Shown here piece by piece: positions 1 to 9,700 of a stretch of DNA of 64,000 nucleotides (the stretch's first letter is position 1; every line of letters begins with the position of its first letter). The position numbers and the translations under genes were made by a program. The notes below the pieces were generated by a model. The model ran no database searches. It was not told the origin of the DNA and saw only the letters and a list, made by a program, of their open reading frames with translations. Origin of the DNA: Schizochytrium sp. TIO01 (Eukaryota > Protista > Bigyra: Labyrinthulomycetes); the NCBI GenBank assembly GCA_004764695.1, contig SMSO01000014.1, positions 1,297,648 to 1,361,647 on the forward strand, written 5' to 3'.

Positions 1-648
1 CATCATCATCAGCAGCAACAACAACAGCCATATATTCAGCAACAGTCTATGCAACCACCTACGCAACAACAGTCTATTCAGCCTTCTATGGACCAGAAGC
101 AACAACCAAAACCACCTCAACAAGAAAGCCATGTTATTGATATGTCGATTGACAATGAGAGTGCTCAACAACAACAGTTTCAGACCAAGCAACAACAAGT
201 GGCAGAGCAAGAACAAACACTTCGCAAGGAGCGTGTCCAGCGGTACACGGCAAAGCTTTCTGCGCAACAGGTGAAGGCTCCATCTCAATCTGACCCCAAT
301 GAGCAAAGTCTCAAAGCAAAGAGTCAGGACTTGATTCGTATCTATAACGAGCTCGAAGAAAAGGTTCGCGCTCTGATGGTAACCTCATTAAACTCAAAGG
401 GTGCACATGGCCCCTCCGGTCCTTTGGAAGAGGCAGAGGGTGCTTGCTTTACAAAGCTCTCCGAGCTTAACGCAATTTGTGATCAACTTCGACGTATTGC
501 ACAACGGAAGCTTGATGTTCTTGCTGTAGAGAAGGTTCTTGTTCGTCGTGACGAGCAGGAACAACAGGAAGACCCTCAAGATGTAGTCAAGGGTAAAGCC
601 GAGGCCTTGTGTATATCTCGCTCAGGGTTTCAGAAGGTTGTTTATTAA
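1..648 (+). CDS. Q-rich helical protein, possible Mediator tail subunit Med29/Med2/Med32-like (frame open from base 1, so possibly 5'-truncated)
   Basis: Frame 1 is open from base 1 (HHHQQQQQQPYIQQQS, then M at 49). A Q/P-rich N-terminus is followed by LEEKVRALM and CFTKLSELNAICDQL, which resemble metazoan Med29 LKESLQTLM and FDKCLEEFYALCDQL as I recall them. The CDS itself is well supported; the family call is tentative. The 3' end could be spliced. Confidence 0.6.
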   Translation, partial: HHHQQQQQQPYIQQQSMQPPTQQQSIQPSMDQKQQPKPPQQESHVIDMSIDNESAQQQQFQTKQQQVAEQEQTLRKERVQRYTAKLSAQQVKAPSQSDPNEQSLKAKSQDLIRIYNELEEKVRALMVTSLNSKGAHGPSGPLEEAEGACFTKLSELNAICDQLRRIAQRKLDVLAVEKVLVRRDEQEQQEDPQDVVKGKAEALCISRSGFQKVVY

Positions 649-799
649 AACCTAATGTACTTATTTTGAGGCATACCTCGTTTTCGGATTGCCGCATTAA
701 GAAAGATCCTTGCAGGACCACTTCGAACAGTGAAAGTAAGGCAATTCTCCTCAAAAGAGAATGGTGGTGGACTAAGTGATTGTCAGGGTTTTAAAGAGA

Positions 800-1000
800 C
801 ACATTTTATTTTTTCTTTGTACACGGGTTAGGCTGTATTGAAGACTGAGAAGAAGATACGATGTCGCCGTCATTTCTCAGGAAGAATATATACGTAAAGC
901 ATCCTTCGTCTCACAATCGATAGAAGAATAAAAATAAAAAATACTCAAGTAATAGGTACCGACCCACAATACAATAAGAAACAAGAAGGAAATAAAACTT
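800..1000. terminator. Convergent 3'-end/polyadenylation region between the first two genes
   Basis: Lies between a + gene ending at 648 and a - gene ending at 1007. T-rich block (~803-820) followed by A-rich blocks containing AATAAA (~925-1000). Confidence 0.4.
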
Positions 1001-1006
1001 ATGTGA

Positions 1007-2224
1007 TTATGGTGAGCTCAGGTTTAGTTGTTCAAATTTAGGCGTCGTGTCGTCGAAGGACTCGCCGTTTTCCCGTTCTGGCTGTTCATCCTCATAGTCA
1101 GAATGGTTGTTGCCGTTAGGCTTTGTGGAGGATGCCTTTTTAGCAAAGTTGTTCACAATTTCCTCGAATGCCTGACACGAGATTTTGCCAAAGGCTTCAA
1201 AAATAAGGTGGAAAGTTCGGATTGGTTGTAAGTCGTCTGTTCTACCGCGAATTTCGTAGGCGATCTGATAGTTCTCTAACTCTCGATCCATGAGGAGGCT
1301 ACCAATAAGTGCTCCTTCATCGATGTCCCCCTTGCGTTCCTGTCGAAGGACAAAACCTGCGTTTCTATCAAGGATGAGTCCGATGCGGTCGCTTTTATTA
1401 CTAGTGCTTTCTGTGCCATCATTGGCGTAGACACTAAAGTTGTCTTGAATCTGAATCTCTAAAATAACACCAGTATTGTTTGCCTCGCGCTGCAACCAGA
1501 GCGAGCCAGATCCAAGACATACCAGGTCTTTCTGTCGATTTGCTTTCCTTGAAACAGACGCCACACGCCACTCGTATATCTCACCAGTAGCAATACGTGC
1601 TCGCTTGGTCTCCTCAGTTTCGAACCTCCTGCAGAACTCTTGACCAATTTGGACTGCCTCTGGAGAAGCGTTGATCGCGTGAGATGGTCTCCACGTGCCG
1701 TGGACCAAATTCACACTTGTCAGCGCTAGGTTTAGCAGATTCACACATGTCTTAAGATCCTCAACAATCTCTGCAAGGTCGCTCTCGATAAGCATTTCAC
1801 TCTGGCTACCATCATCCTCATTCTTGTCACAACCGTCATCATTTCCACATGCGCCATTTCTGCCCGAATTTGCATTTTTGCGGTTCCCATCTGAACACTC
1901 CCCGTCCACGCTTTCAAGCGAATCATCAAGACTGGCCTCAAGTTTTGTCGTGAGCTCCTCAAACCTCTGTAGCACACGGCGCGTGAACCAGACCGGCGAG
2001 CTAACGTACCCGCACGTTTCTTGTCGATTTTGCAATTCCATGCACAAGAACAGGGGTCTCTGAAGACCCGTGGTAAGGGCCATCGCCTCTGCCATCGACC
2101 CTGAGGTTTGTGCGCGCTCTCCGTGGTCTTCTGCTTCTCTGAGCAGGCCCTGGACAACTTCGTAGGTCTTCTTGACGTTGTGCAGCAGACCCAGCACCGT
2201 GCTGGCAGCCTCAAGCTTCTGCAT
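1007..2224 (-). CDS. Putative RanGTP-binding protein (Yrb30/Ran-binding family-like)
   Basis: Long ORF; first ATG at 2224 (MQKLEAAS), whereas the ORF-track start at 2260 is a GTG. LQRPLFLCMEL and IVEDLKTCVNLLNLALTS...SPEAVQIG resemble the fungal Yrb30 segments I recall (ISPAIDMIEL; IEDAVPLINLAITTS...SPSRLLQA). Acidic C-terminal tail. Confidence 0.6.
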   Translation of the reverse strand: MQKLEAASTVLGLLHNVKKTYEVVQGLLREAEDHGERAQTSGSMAEAMALTTGLQRPLFLCMELQNRQETCGYVSSPVWFTRRVLQRFEELTTKLEASLDDSLESVDGECSDGNRKNANSGRNGACGNDDGCDKNEDDGSQSEMLIESDLAEIVEDLKTCVNLLNLALTSVNLVHGTWRPSHAINASPEAVQIGQEFCRRFETEETKRARIATGEIYEWRVASVSRKANRQKDLVCLGSGSLWLQREANNTGVILEIQIQDNFSVYANDGTESTSNKSDRIGLILDRNAGFVLRQERKGDIDEGALIGSLLMDRELENYQIAYEIRGRTDDLQPIRTFHLIFEAFGKISCQAFEEIVNNFAKKASSTKPNGNNHSDYEDEQPERENGESFDDTTPKFEQLNLSSP

Positions 2225-3876
2225 GTTGACACTCGCGGAAGCGCTAACGCTCCACGCCACAACTCTGCTTTATGTTGACCTTCGAAACCCGCGCCTCGCG
2301 CTGCTTCGGCAGCGCCCTCCACAATCTTTGCTCTGCTTCTGTGAGCTTGGAGTGCTTTTCGTTTCTCTTTCTCTCAAGCATACCTGCCTGCTGTGGAGCT
2401 GGCCTGCTATGCTCACAAAACTCTACTACCGAAGGTACCTTCCAATATTAGAAAAAACCCGTACTTAGAACGACTCGTGAATGGTAATGGGGCGGAGTGG
2501 AACGTTCCTTCTTGGTATTTTGTTCTGAACGTTTCAAGAAACAAAGACGGGAATTACGAAACCATTTCGACTCGATAGTTTTGCCCGGCCAGCTCTCTCA
2601 ATATAGCTGATGGGTCAGATACTTTAAAATATGCTATGTAGCCTGCACTGGCTAATTAATCAAACTTTAAAAACTTCGTTTTCCTAGGCGCACGATCAAC
2701 AGCCACACAAGAAAGCCGATCCATATAGGGACTTTTCGAGTTTAATATACTTTTGAAGCGACGCTATCGTTATTATAAAACCCACATGTTATTCATTCTA
2801 ACTTCATTTCATGCGGTTACTTTGGTTGCGAAGTGTTAGCTCAACTTCATAACTCTACATGTGAACATTACTCTAATAGCGTGTGCGTTTTGGTCGCATA
2901 CAGAAATCTTTGCGACAAAACAGCGTGGGAGTCCCTTAGCAAGCTAGCTATATACGATACAAGGGATTTGAAAGAGGATGACGGACTTTGCTCGGAGGTT
3001 GCTGCGACTTTTCATATGTTTTATGGGGCAGGAATCATCTATGAATACTTGGCATTCCGCAATATTGTTGTAAGATGTTGCTAGTAAATATAATCCATCA
3101 TCCTGAAGTATAGTAGTAGACGTTCACAAAAAAGATTTGATTCCTTGCAGATATATTTGGTAATGAATTGGTGGATGATTTCCAGATTTTGTCTAGAATC
3201 AACAACTATACTCAATTACATGCGGAAAGTAACAGGATTGTCTATATACCCTGATTAAATATATTAGAAGAATACTCAGCGCCTTATGGCCTACTTTCGC
3301 AAATAGGATCAATACTTAAAAATGATTTATTGATTGTTTCCCCTTTTCTTTTACACGAGATCTGCTTCGTTTTCCCAGAATTTCTGCTGTTATCGTTTCC
3401 AGACTAACAGCTAAACCTAGTGGCATCTTTCTTCGAACAAATTATTTATTACCGATGCTGATTGCTTCAAAACCAAACATCGCATTCATGTCGTTTCACT
3501 TTTTGTTGAATACTTAAGTTTTTTAACATTTACCATTTAACAGAACAAGAGTTTAATCGAGACTGTTTATCTTGTCTAATCTTTTACGCCAATTCTTTGA
3601 GTTAAATTTGTCTCCTTGTTTTTTAAGTCCGTCATCGCAATTTCAACTAGCTGCCCGTTATTGTTTGACTTCGTAGTTTTGGGAACCATACACTTGAACA
3701 GATTGTTCGTTGTTTAGCAAAGAACCTAACTTTTTGAAAGATTGAAAAATAGAGATCATCTTTCCAAAGTCTGTACTGTAACCTTTTATTTAGTTGACGA
3801 ATCTAGTATAGTTGATAATATTGTTTTTAAAGAATCAATCTAATGTGGGATTTCTTACAGCCCTGCAAAAGGATCA

Positions 3877-6800
3877 TCATCTTCTACCTGTGCAGCGCTT
3901 TGGGTATCTAAGGGGGGTGTGGGGTTTTTGAGATGAAAGCTGTTCCAAGGTGCTTGTCGGTGTTGAGGGCATTGTAGAGTTCATACTCTCAAGTGCCGGA
4001 CTGGGGCTACGACGAGATGCAAGTTGAGTAGCATTGAAAGGAAGAGCGAGACCCTCATTACGGATGAATGAGAGGTCTGGGAGTCCTGCATCTTGCAGAT
4101 CCGGATTTTGCTCCTGCCACAATTTACGTAAGAGTGCTTCTCCATCGGAAGAGAGTTCTCCTGTTGTGGGTGCCTGCGCTCGGTTAAACTGGTCTTGTGT
4201 TCCTGACACGAGAGGAGATTGTTGCTGCTGTGATCCTGGTACTGAACTCATAGTTTCGAAAAAGTCTGAAGACGCAAAGCCCTGGTCCTGAACAGTATTT
4301 GTCGGTGGGGCGGAAGATGAGAAAGAGGTAAAATCATCAAAACCAAGAATATCATCGCTGGACATCATATTGTGATGACTAGATGATGGTATAGCAGGAG
4401 CTATTAAAGAGCTTTCATTAGCAGCATCATTTGCTGCTGACATCGGTGTCGGTGCAAGTGGGATGGAAGAACTAGTTGATGTGACAGGAGGTGTCGAACC
4501 AGCTTTTTCGAAAACCCCAAAATCATCGTCATCATCGTCAAATTCAGCACCTTTTGTGTTTCCTTGGCGATCCTGATCTGGGTTTGTACTCATGTCATCA
4601 GCATCAGACATTGTATGCTGGCTATATTCTGTCTCCTCTTCATCTTGCGTGTGCTCGAGCTCTGCATCAGTATGGATAGTTTCTTGGGACGTAAAGTCTT
4701 GAGCCTTAAACTTTTCAAATGCTGCATCAGCATCAACAGCTACGTGTGGATTTGCGGTGTCTTCAGCTTCGACTTCTGAGTCTGAGCGCAAGAGAATATT
4801 CGAGTCTTCGAAGATAAGTGAGTCTGTGCGATCGGGGTTGCGCTCCGTGTCATGTGGCAACTCTTTGTTTTCAGGCATCTCATCTTCATCTGTGTTCAAA
4901 ACAGTTCCACGACTATCAATAGATGTGCGTGGACTGCGAGCAACTTGAAGGTTTGCGAATGAACGGCCAAGTAAAATTGCAGCACCCTCATCATCACTTG
5001 AACGTAACATCTTGAGAAGTTCATTACTATGAACAGCTGCTCTCTCAACTTGAGCATACTTGGAGAGGGACTCCACAGCGCGGTTCACACACAAATCTTC
5101 GTAAGACATGGTTCCAATATTTTGAACTTCCTCGCCACAAACGAGGCATTTGCTCGAAATGTACCTCAAAAGGGCGCCGCAGGATGTACATTTTGATGGT
5201 CCAAAGAAAGAGTCAGACGCGGGATCTTCAATCAAAGACTTGATGAGGTCATCGCGGGAAGAAGAGTCGATTACTGTATCTTTTAGAACAGCGGTAATCT
5301 GAGAAATGCTTCCAAATACCTTATTAACTGTATCTTGAAATGCATCTAAAGGCATTGACAAAAACTCAAGAGCCCGATCGCCTGTCGATGAGTTTGGCGG
5401 AGGTGAACTCGAAGGCAATTCTGCTTCCTGAAATTCTGCTTCGAAATCAGCATCTCCAAAATCGCCAAAATCGTCACCAATATCATCATTTCCATCGCTA
5501 GTCTCTGGAATAGTTTTTGGGTTTGCTATTGCAGCCGTTGACTCATCGACTGTTTTAGGGGCTTCATCGAAATCCCCGAAGTCCGCCTCACCAAAATCCC
5601 CAAAATCATCATCACCAAGACCTTCCAAGTCTTCATCATTAGTTTTATGTAGACCCTTCTGACCAGTTTCCAGGGGTTCCTCGTCAGTTGCGCCCGTAGC
5701 AGAGTCTATGATAGGTACTGTTTCTGGAGATGTCACCTGGTGGTCTTCGAAATCACCAAAATCACCAAATTCTTCATCTTTCTCGCCGTTCGAAAACACT
5801 CTGGCCTCTTCTAATGTTTCTTCAGAGGTCAGATTAAGTGGTCTATCGTCTGGGTCGTCTAGGTCGCGAGAGAGGTTTGGTGTCTGACTCTTGCTATCAA
5901 AATTATCATGAAGATCTTGATCCAAAGTATCTACTACACCTTGAGATGTTGGGTTCAAAGAATCTACTTCCATGTCAATGAGGGCATTTCTGTCAGTATT
6001 ACGCTCTAAGTTTGGTTCTTGCTCCTCTGACTTTGAAAGAGATGATGACATAATGACGTCAGTCGCTAGCTCACCGGCATTTACAGTAATCCCCTGAGCG
6101 GCAACATCACCTGCTGAGGATATTTCATCTTCCACATCAGTCGCAGGTTCAACAATAGTACTACTGATGTCTTGAACAGATGCATCGCTTGTTTGCAATG
6201 CCATATCTCCAGCGTCGATAGCAGGTTCAACAACAGTACTACTGATGTCTTGAACAGATGCATCGCTTGTTTGCAATGCCATATCTCCAGCGTCGATAGC
6301 AGGTTCAACAACAGTACTACTGATGTCTTGAACAGATGCATCGCTTGTTTGCAATGCCATATCTCCAGCGTCGATAGCAGGTTCAACAACAGTACTACTG
6401 ATGTCTTGAACAGATGCATCACTCGTTTGCAACGCCATATCTCCAGCGTCGATAGCAGGTTCAACAACAGTGCTACTGATGTCTTGAACAGATGCATCGG
6501 TGCCTGGTGTGGGGTTGTCATCCACAGCACAATGATTTATATCGGTATTAATAGTTGAAATTGGGTTTGCGTCTTGTGATGTCTCATTAAAATCTCCAAA
6601 TTCATCACTTTTATCTGAAGCGGAATCCTCAACAACCTGCGGATTAGAAGGGTCAAACGTAGCTTGATCACGAGAAAGTTCATCCTGAGAATGGAGTTCA
6701 GAACCTACAATCACGGTTGTGGATACATCAGTGTAACCAGCTTCGTTCCGCTGTGGGGTGTTCAATACCATCTTACTTGTATCAGCGTGTTCAGGAGGTA

Positions 6801-8088
6801 GGTGTTGAACTGTTTCTATTGAAGCAAAGACACCTTGCCCTATAGCGGAGCTACTTCCTTTGATTGGGACGTCTACTATCTCTTGCTCAGCCTGACTATC
6901 TACACATTCCCCAGAATTGTCTCCTGATGCTTCCACACGAAGTGAGTTCTCATCATCATCATCATCATCATCATCAATTGCACTGCTAAGACCCGGATCT
7001 TCGGTATTGAGAACTCCCCGGTGAGAAATATTTGAGATGCTTCTGCTGTCAGAAGGGTGATTTTCAACGGGCAGGTTATCCTCAAGGTTCTCTAAGGCAT
7101 CACCCTGTGCTTCTGATTTTTCAACTAAACTAATAGAGTTTTCTGAATTCACAATATCGGTTGTCTCTTGTTGTTCTGCTCCTGGGCTGTTTCCGCTGTT
7201 ATTATCTGATGCTGGATATGGGTCACCACCGAAGGATGAAGTCTCTGTCAAATCTAATACGGAAGACTGCGAAAGATCTCCAGTCGTTGCATCCTCTCTA
7301 CATTCTACAGAGTCTTGCTGATTTTTGATTGAATCAAGTGCAAGAGCTGAAACAGAGCCCTTTTGTCCTGTAGCAACTGCCATACTTTGTTCGTCATTTG
7401 TTTCAAGTCCTGTTTGATCTACTGTAAAATTCTGAGGGGAGCCATCATGAGGTGCGTTAATCACAGATGGATTAGTATCCGTGATATCAATGTCATCAGC
7501 ATCATGAAAATTAGCAAGGGGTGGTGAAGATGGCTCATTGGACGGAATTTCATTTGAAAAGCTCACGCTGCCGGATCCTACCGCGGTGTTTCCCGGTAAA
7601 ACTTCAAATGGATCTTCCGGGCCTAAATTTTGTTCTGCACTTGAGTCGAAGCTTTCTTCACCTTGTGGCGAAACGAAGCCTATGCTGTGTGCCTGTATTG
7701 AGGATTCCTCTACACCATTTGCCTTGTCACTGTCAGACATGATGTCTGCAAAATCATCAATCTCCTCAGCTAGAGTTTGGCTTTGGACAGGATCCGATGA
7801 GGTATCTTGCGCAATCCCGTCTCCATTGAGTTTGGCGGCAGCCTGGTCATCAGTCGGTATTTTCTCAGAATTTTCTTCTTTGACTCCACTAGGTTCTCCG
7901 AGCTCCTCACTTGCACTATTCATCGTGAACTCCGCCTCAAAATCGTGCACAACAGTGTTGTCACTCAGTAATTTGTTGTCAGCAGCGCTGGCACCATCGA
8001 CTTCCGAGACCTTTGCAACACTGCTTTCTCCAAACTCCTCCGTTCGAGAACATTCCAACGGCGACAAGCCATCAGTCTCTCGGCTCAT
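3877..8088 (-). CDS. Aftiphilin/gamma-synergin-like AP-1/clathrin accessory protein; true stop probably at 3855 after a +1 frameshift
   Basis: ~1400-aa acidic, low-complexity ORF; first ATG at 8088 (MSRETDG). Many gamma-ear-binding FGDF-type motifs (DEFGDF, EEFGDFGDF, DDFGDFGEADFGDF, DDFGDFGDADF, DDFGVF), a DPF motif, a CxxC-x10-CxxC zinc ribbon, and GLPDLSFI...LALPF resembling the aftiphilin C-terminal LPDL(S/T)FM...LMFP motif. Confidence 0.8.
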   Translation of the reverse strand: MSRETDGLSPLECSRTEEFGESSVAKVSEVDGASAADNKLLSDNTVVHDFEAEFTMNSASEELGEPSGVKEENSEKIPTDDQAAAKLNGDGIAQDTSSDPVQSQTLAEEIDDFADIMSDSDKANGVEESSIQAHSIGFVSPQGEESFDSSAEQNLGPEDPFEVLPGNTAVGSGSVSFSNEIPSNEPSSPPLANFHDADDIDITDTNPSVINAPHDGSPQNFTVDQTGLETNDEQSMAVATGQKGSVSALALDSIKNQQDSVECREDATTGDLSQSSVLDLTETSSFGGDPYPASDNNSGNSPGAEQQETTDIVNSENSISLVEKSEAQGDALENLEDNLPVENHPSDSRSISNISHRGVLNTEDPGLSSAIDDDDDDDDENSLRVEASGDNSGECVDSQAEQEIVDVPIKGSSSAIGQGVFASIETVQHLPPEHADTSKMVLNTPQRNEAGYTDVSTTVIVGSELHSQDELSRDQATFDPSNPQVVEDSASDKSDEFGDFNETSQDANPISTINTDINHCAVDDNPTPGTDASVQDISSTVVEPAIDAGDMALQTSDASVQDISSTVVEPAIDAGDMALQTSDASVQDISSTVVEPAIDAGDMALQTSDASVQDISSTVVEPAIDAGDMALQTSDASVQDISSTIVEPATDVEDEISSAGDVAAQGITVNAGELATDVIMSSSLSKSEEQEPNLERNTDRNALIDMEVDSLNPTSQGVVDTLDQDLHDNFDSKSQTPNLSRDLDDPDDRPLNLTSEETLEEARVFSNGEKDEEFGDFGDFEDHQVTSPETVPIIDSATGATDEEPLETGQKGLHKTNDEDLEGLGDDDFGDFGEADFGDFDEAPKTVDESTAAIANPKTIPETSDGNDDIGDDFGDFGDADFEAEFQEAELPSSSPPPNSSTGDRALEFLSMPLDAFQDTVNKVFGSISQITAVLKDTVIDSSSRDDLIKSLIEDPASDSFFGPSKCTSCGALLRYISSKCLVCGEEVQNIGTMSYEDLCVNRAVESLSKYAQVERAAVHSNELLKMLRSSDDEGAAILLGRSFANLQVARSPRTSIDSRGTVLNTDEDEMPENKELPHDTERNPDRTDSLIFEDSNILLRSDSEVEAEDTANPHVAVDADAAFEKFKAQDFTSQETIHTDAELEHTQDEEETEYSQHTMSDADDMSTNPDQDRQGNTKGAEFDDDDDDFGVFEKAGSTPPVTSTSSSIPLAPTPMSAANDAANESSLIAPAIPSSSHHNMMSSDDILGFDDFTSFSSSAPPTNTVQDQGFASSDFFETMSSVPGSQQQQSPLVSGTQDQFNRAQAPTTGELSSDGEALLRKLWQEQNPDLQDAGLPDLSFIRNEGLALPFNATQLASRRSPSPALESMNSTMPSTPTSTLEQLSSQKPHTPLRYPKRCTGRR
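6143..6498 (-). repeat. In-frame 78-nt tandem repeat (~4.6 copies) encoding DASVQDISSTVVEPAIDAGDMALQTS
   Basis: Units start at 6143, 6221, 6299, 6377 and 6455 and are nearly identical at the nucleotide level. Confidence 0.95.
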
Positions 8089-8102
8089 GGTGATGAAGTC
8101 CT

Positions 8103-8182
8103 CTGCAACCCCAAGACCGACCCAGTCTCGACTTGCACGCACAGTTTCTGCTTCGGATATGCATTGGAGTGACTGTACGTAC
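8103..8182 (-). other. Possible 80-nt 5'UTR intron of the aftiphilin-like gene
   Basis: The minus strand reads AG|GTACGT...GGTTGCAG|AGGACTTCATCACC-ATG: canonical donor and acceptor just upstream of the ATG at 8088. Confidence 0.35.
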
Positions 8183-8654
8183 CTATTGTACAGACTTAAA
8201 ATAGCCAGAATGGTCCTATACTACATAGTACAACTTTTATAATACGTTTCTTAGTTTGAGATTATAAATGACTTACATGAGTCAGCTTTAAGAAGGAGAA
8301 GAACAATAAAAGGATTCAGAAGGAAGGCAAAGGAAGAGATCAAGAAAGCACTGAGTGTGGCGCCACGACCGTGCGGTTTATTTGAGAAACGCAAAGTTAT
8401 AGACCTTTTTGGCACTCTTGACTAGCTAATTGAAGAGGGCTATGATGCTACTACGTAGAAAGTATCTCTCTACTGATACCATATACTGTATGGTATAGTT
8501 AGTACGTTTGTTGTATATGTTTGTGCACAAAGGCACGGGACCGCACAGACAGGCCAGAACTGTAACTCATCAAGGCCGTCGCGTAGAGCTGTGTGTGGTG
8601 CAGATACCGGATCTAGGTATTTGCGTCGTGTAGATTCATCAAGGTTTAGCCAAT
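8183..8654. promoter_or_regulatory. Divergent (bidirectional) promoter region between the aftiphilin-like gene and PHO88
   Basis: Head-to-head arrangement, 566 bp between the ATGs. Contains an 8-bp inverted repeat ATACCATA-n5-TATGGTAT (8476-8496). Confidence 0.5.
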
Positions 8655-9353
8655 ATGGCGCGCAAGTCTTTGTTGGAGCGCATCAAGGCGTCACCAATGA
8701 CGTACAACCTTGCCACGTTGGCGGTTTTGACAACCATCAAGTCCGTCTTTGACTTTGAGGACCCTTTGCAGCTGATGGTGCTGCGATTATTGGCGTTTGC
8801 ATGCCAGGTGCTCATTCTTGGTGTATTTGCATTCTTCTACTTTAAGTCCAAGAATGACCCTAACGCCGACAAAATCATCCACGTTCGTGCTTCACAGCTT
8901 GAGGCACCGCACATGCTCGCCTTGCGCGATACTACACAGCCTGACGAGAAGACCCAGATGACTCAGCACGAATATGACATGGAGAAGCTTCGTGGTACTC
9001 TGTTCCAGACTTCGCTGACAACTATGATCACGATGGGATTCCACTTTTATGGAGGTTACGCTATTCCCCTCATCATGTCCAACTTTGCCATTATCCGCTC
9101 CTTGATTGAACTACCATTCTTTGACCTTTACGTGAAAGGCAAGGATGACAAGATCTTCCGTGAGCTGCGTAGGCCTTGGCCGCAGAAGCGTGTTACTGGA
9201 ATGCAGAAGTTTTTCCAGGATAACTTGTCTCAGCAGTACAACACCATGCAGCGTGAGCTTGAGAACGAGGGCAATGACCCAACCCAGCCAGTTTCTGGCA
9301 AGGCTTCGACTGTAACTTCTCGTAATAAGAAGAAGCGCGCTGTACGCACATAA
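8655..9353 (+). CDS. PHO88: Pho88/Snd3 family ER membrane protein (SRP-independent targeting)
   Basis: 232 aa with hydrophobic segments. TQHEYDMEKLR...MGFHFYGGYAIPLIMS...LYVKGK...ELRRPW matches the Pho88 signature (T..EYD...; M.FMH.Y..Y..PL.MQ; GK...DL.RPF). Basic C-terminal tail. Confidence 0.85.
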   Translation: MARKSLLERIKASPMTYNLATLAVLTTIKSVFDFEDPLQLMVLRLLAFACQVLILGVFAFFYFKSKNDPNADKIIHVRASQLEAPHMLALRDTTQPDEKTQMTQHEYDMEKLRGTLFQTSLTTMITMGFHFYGGYAIPLIMSNFAIIRSLIELPFFDLYVKGKDDKIFRELRRPWPQKRVTGMQKFFQDNLSQQYNTMQRELENEGNDPTQPVSGKASTVTSRNKKKRAVRT

Positions 9354-9479
9354 AAAAAGGATCTATCCAAACTGCAGCTTTCTATGAATATGTGGGGAGT
9401 TGATTATAGTGCGTAGATTCGAGCAGGTTGAGTCATTGTTTTGCAGCCAACTGCTCGACATCTTGCGAGACTGTCAATT

Positions 9480-9700
9480 ATTTCCTGTGTTTCAATTCTG
9501 GTTTATCATTCCGTGTCTGTCATCAAGATTGTGTTTTGTGAACTGTTTGGCCCTTGCAGCGTTCTACACTTCTTTCCGCAACGTGAAACAAGCTTATTAT
9601 TCTCCTCTAGTACACCTAAAACTATAAATACACACGTACTTCCGCTGTAAAAAGAAAGAGAAATTAAAAAGAGAAAATTCAATACGATACAAAGCATTAA
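9480..9700. terminator. 3'-end region downstream of PHO88 with a T-rich then A-rich switch
   Basis: In the convergent interval between PHO88 (+) and the zinc-finger gene (-). T/GT-rich at 9480-9605, then A-rich at 9648-9700. Confidence 0.35.

Noticed and set aside
2225-2260. ORF-track starts at 2260 and 8142
   Set aside because: GTG starts. In a eukaryotic nuclear context the first ATGs (2224, 8088) are more plausible.
7538-8242. 234-aa + strand ORF, and other overlapping ORFs such as 1741-2322, 6081-6558, 10822-11364 and 11575-12144
   Set aside because: Antisense or alternate-frame shadows of real genes or of the 78-nt repeat.
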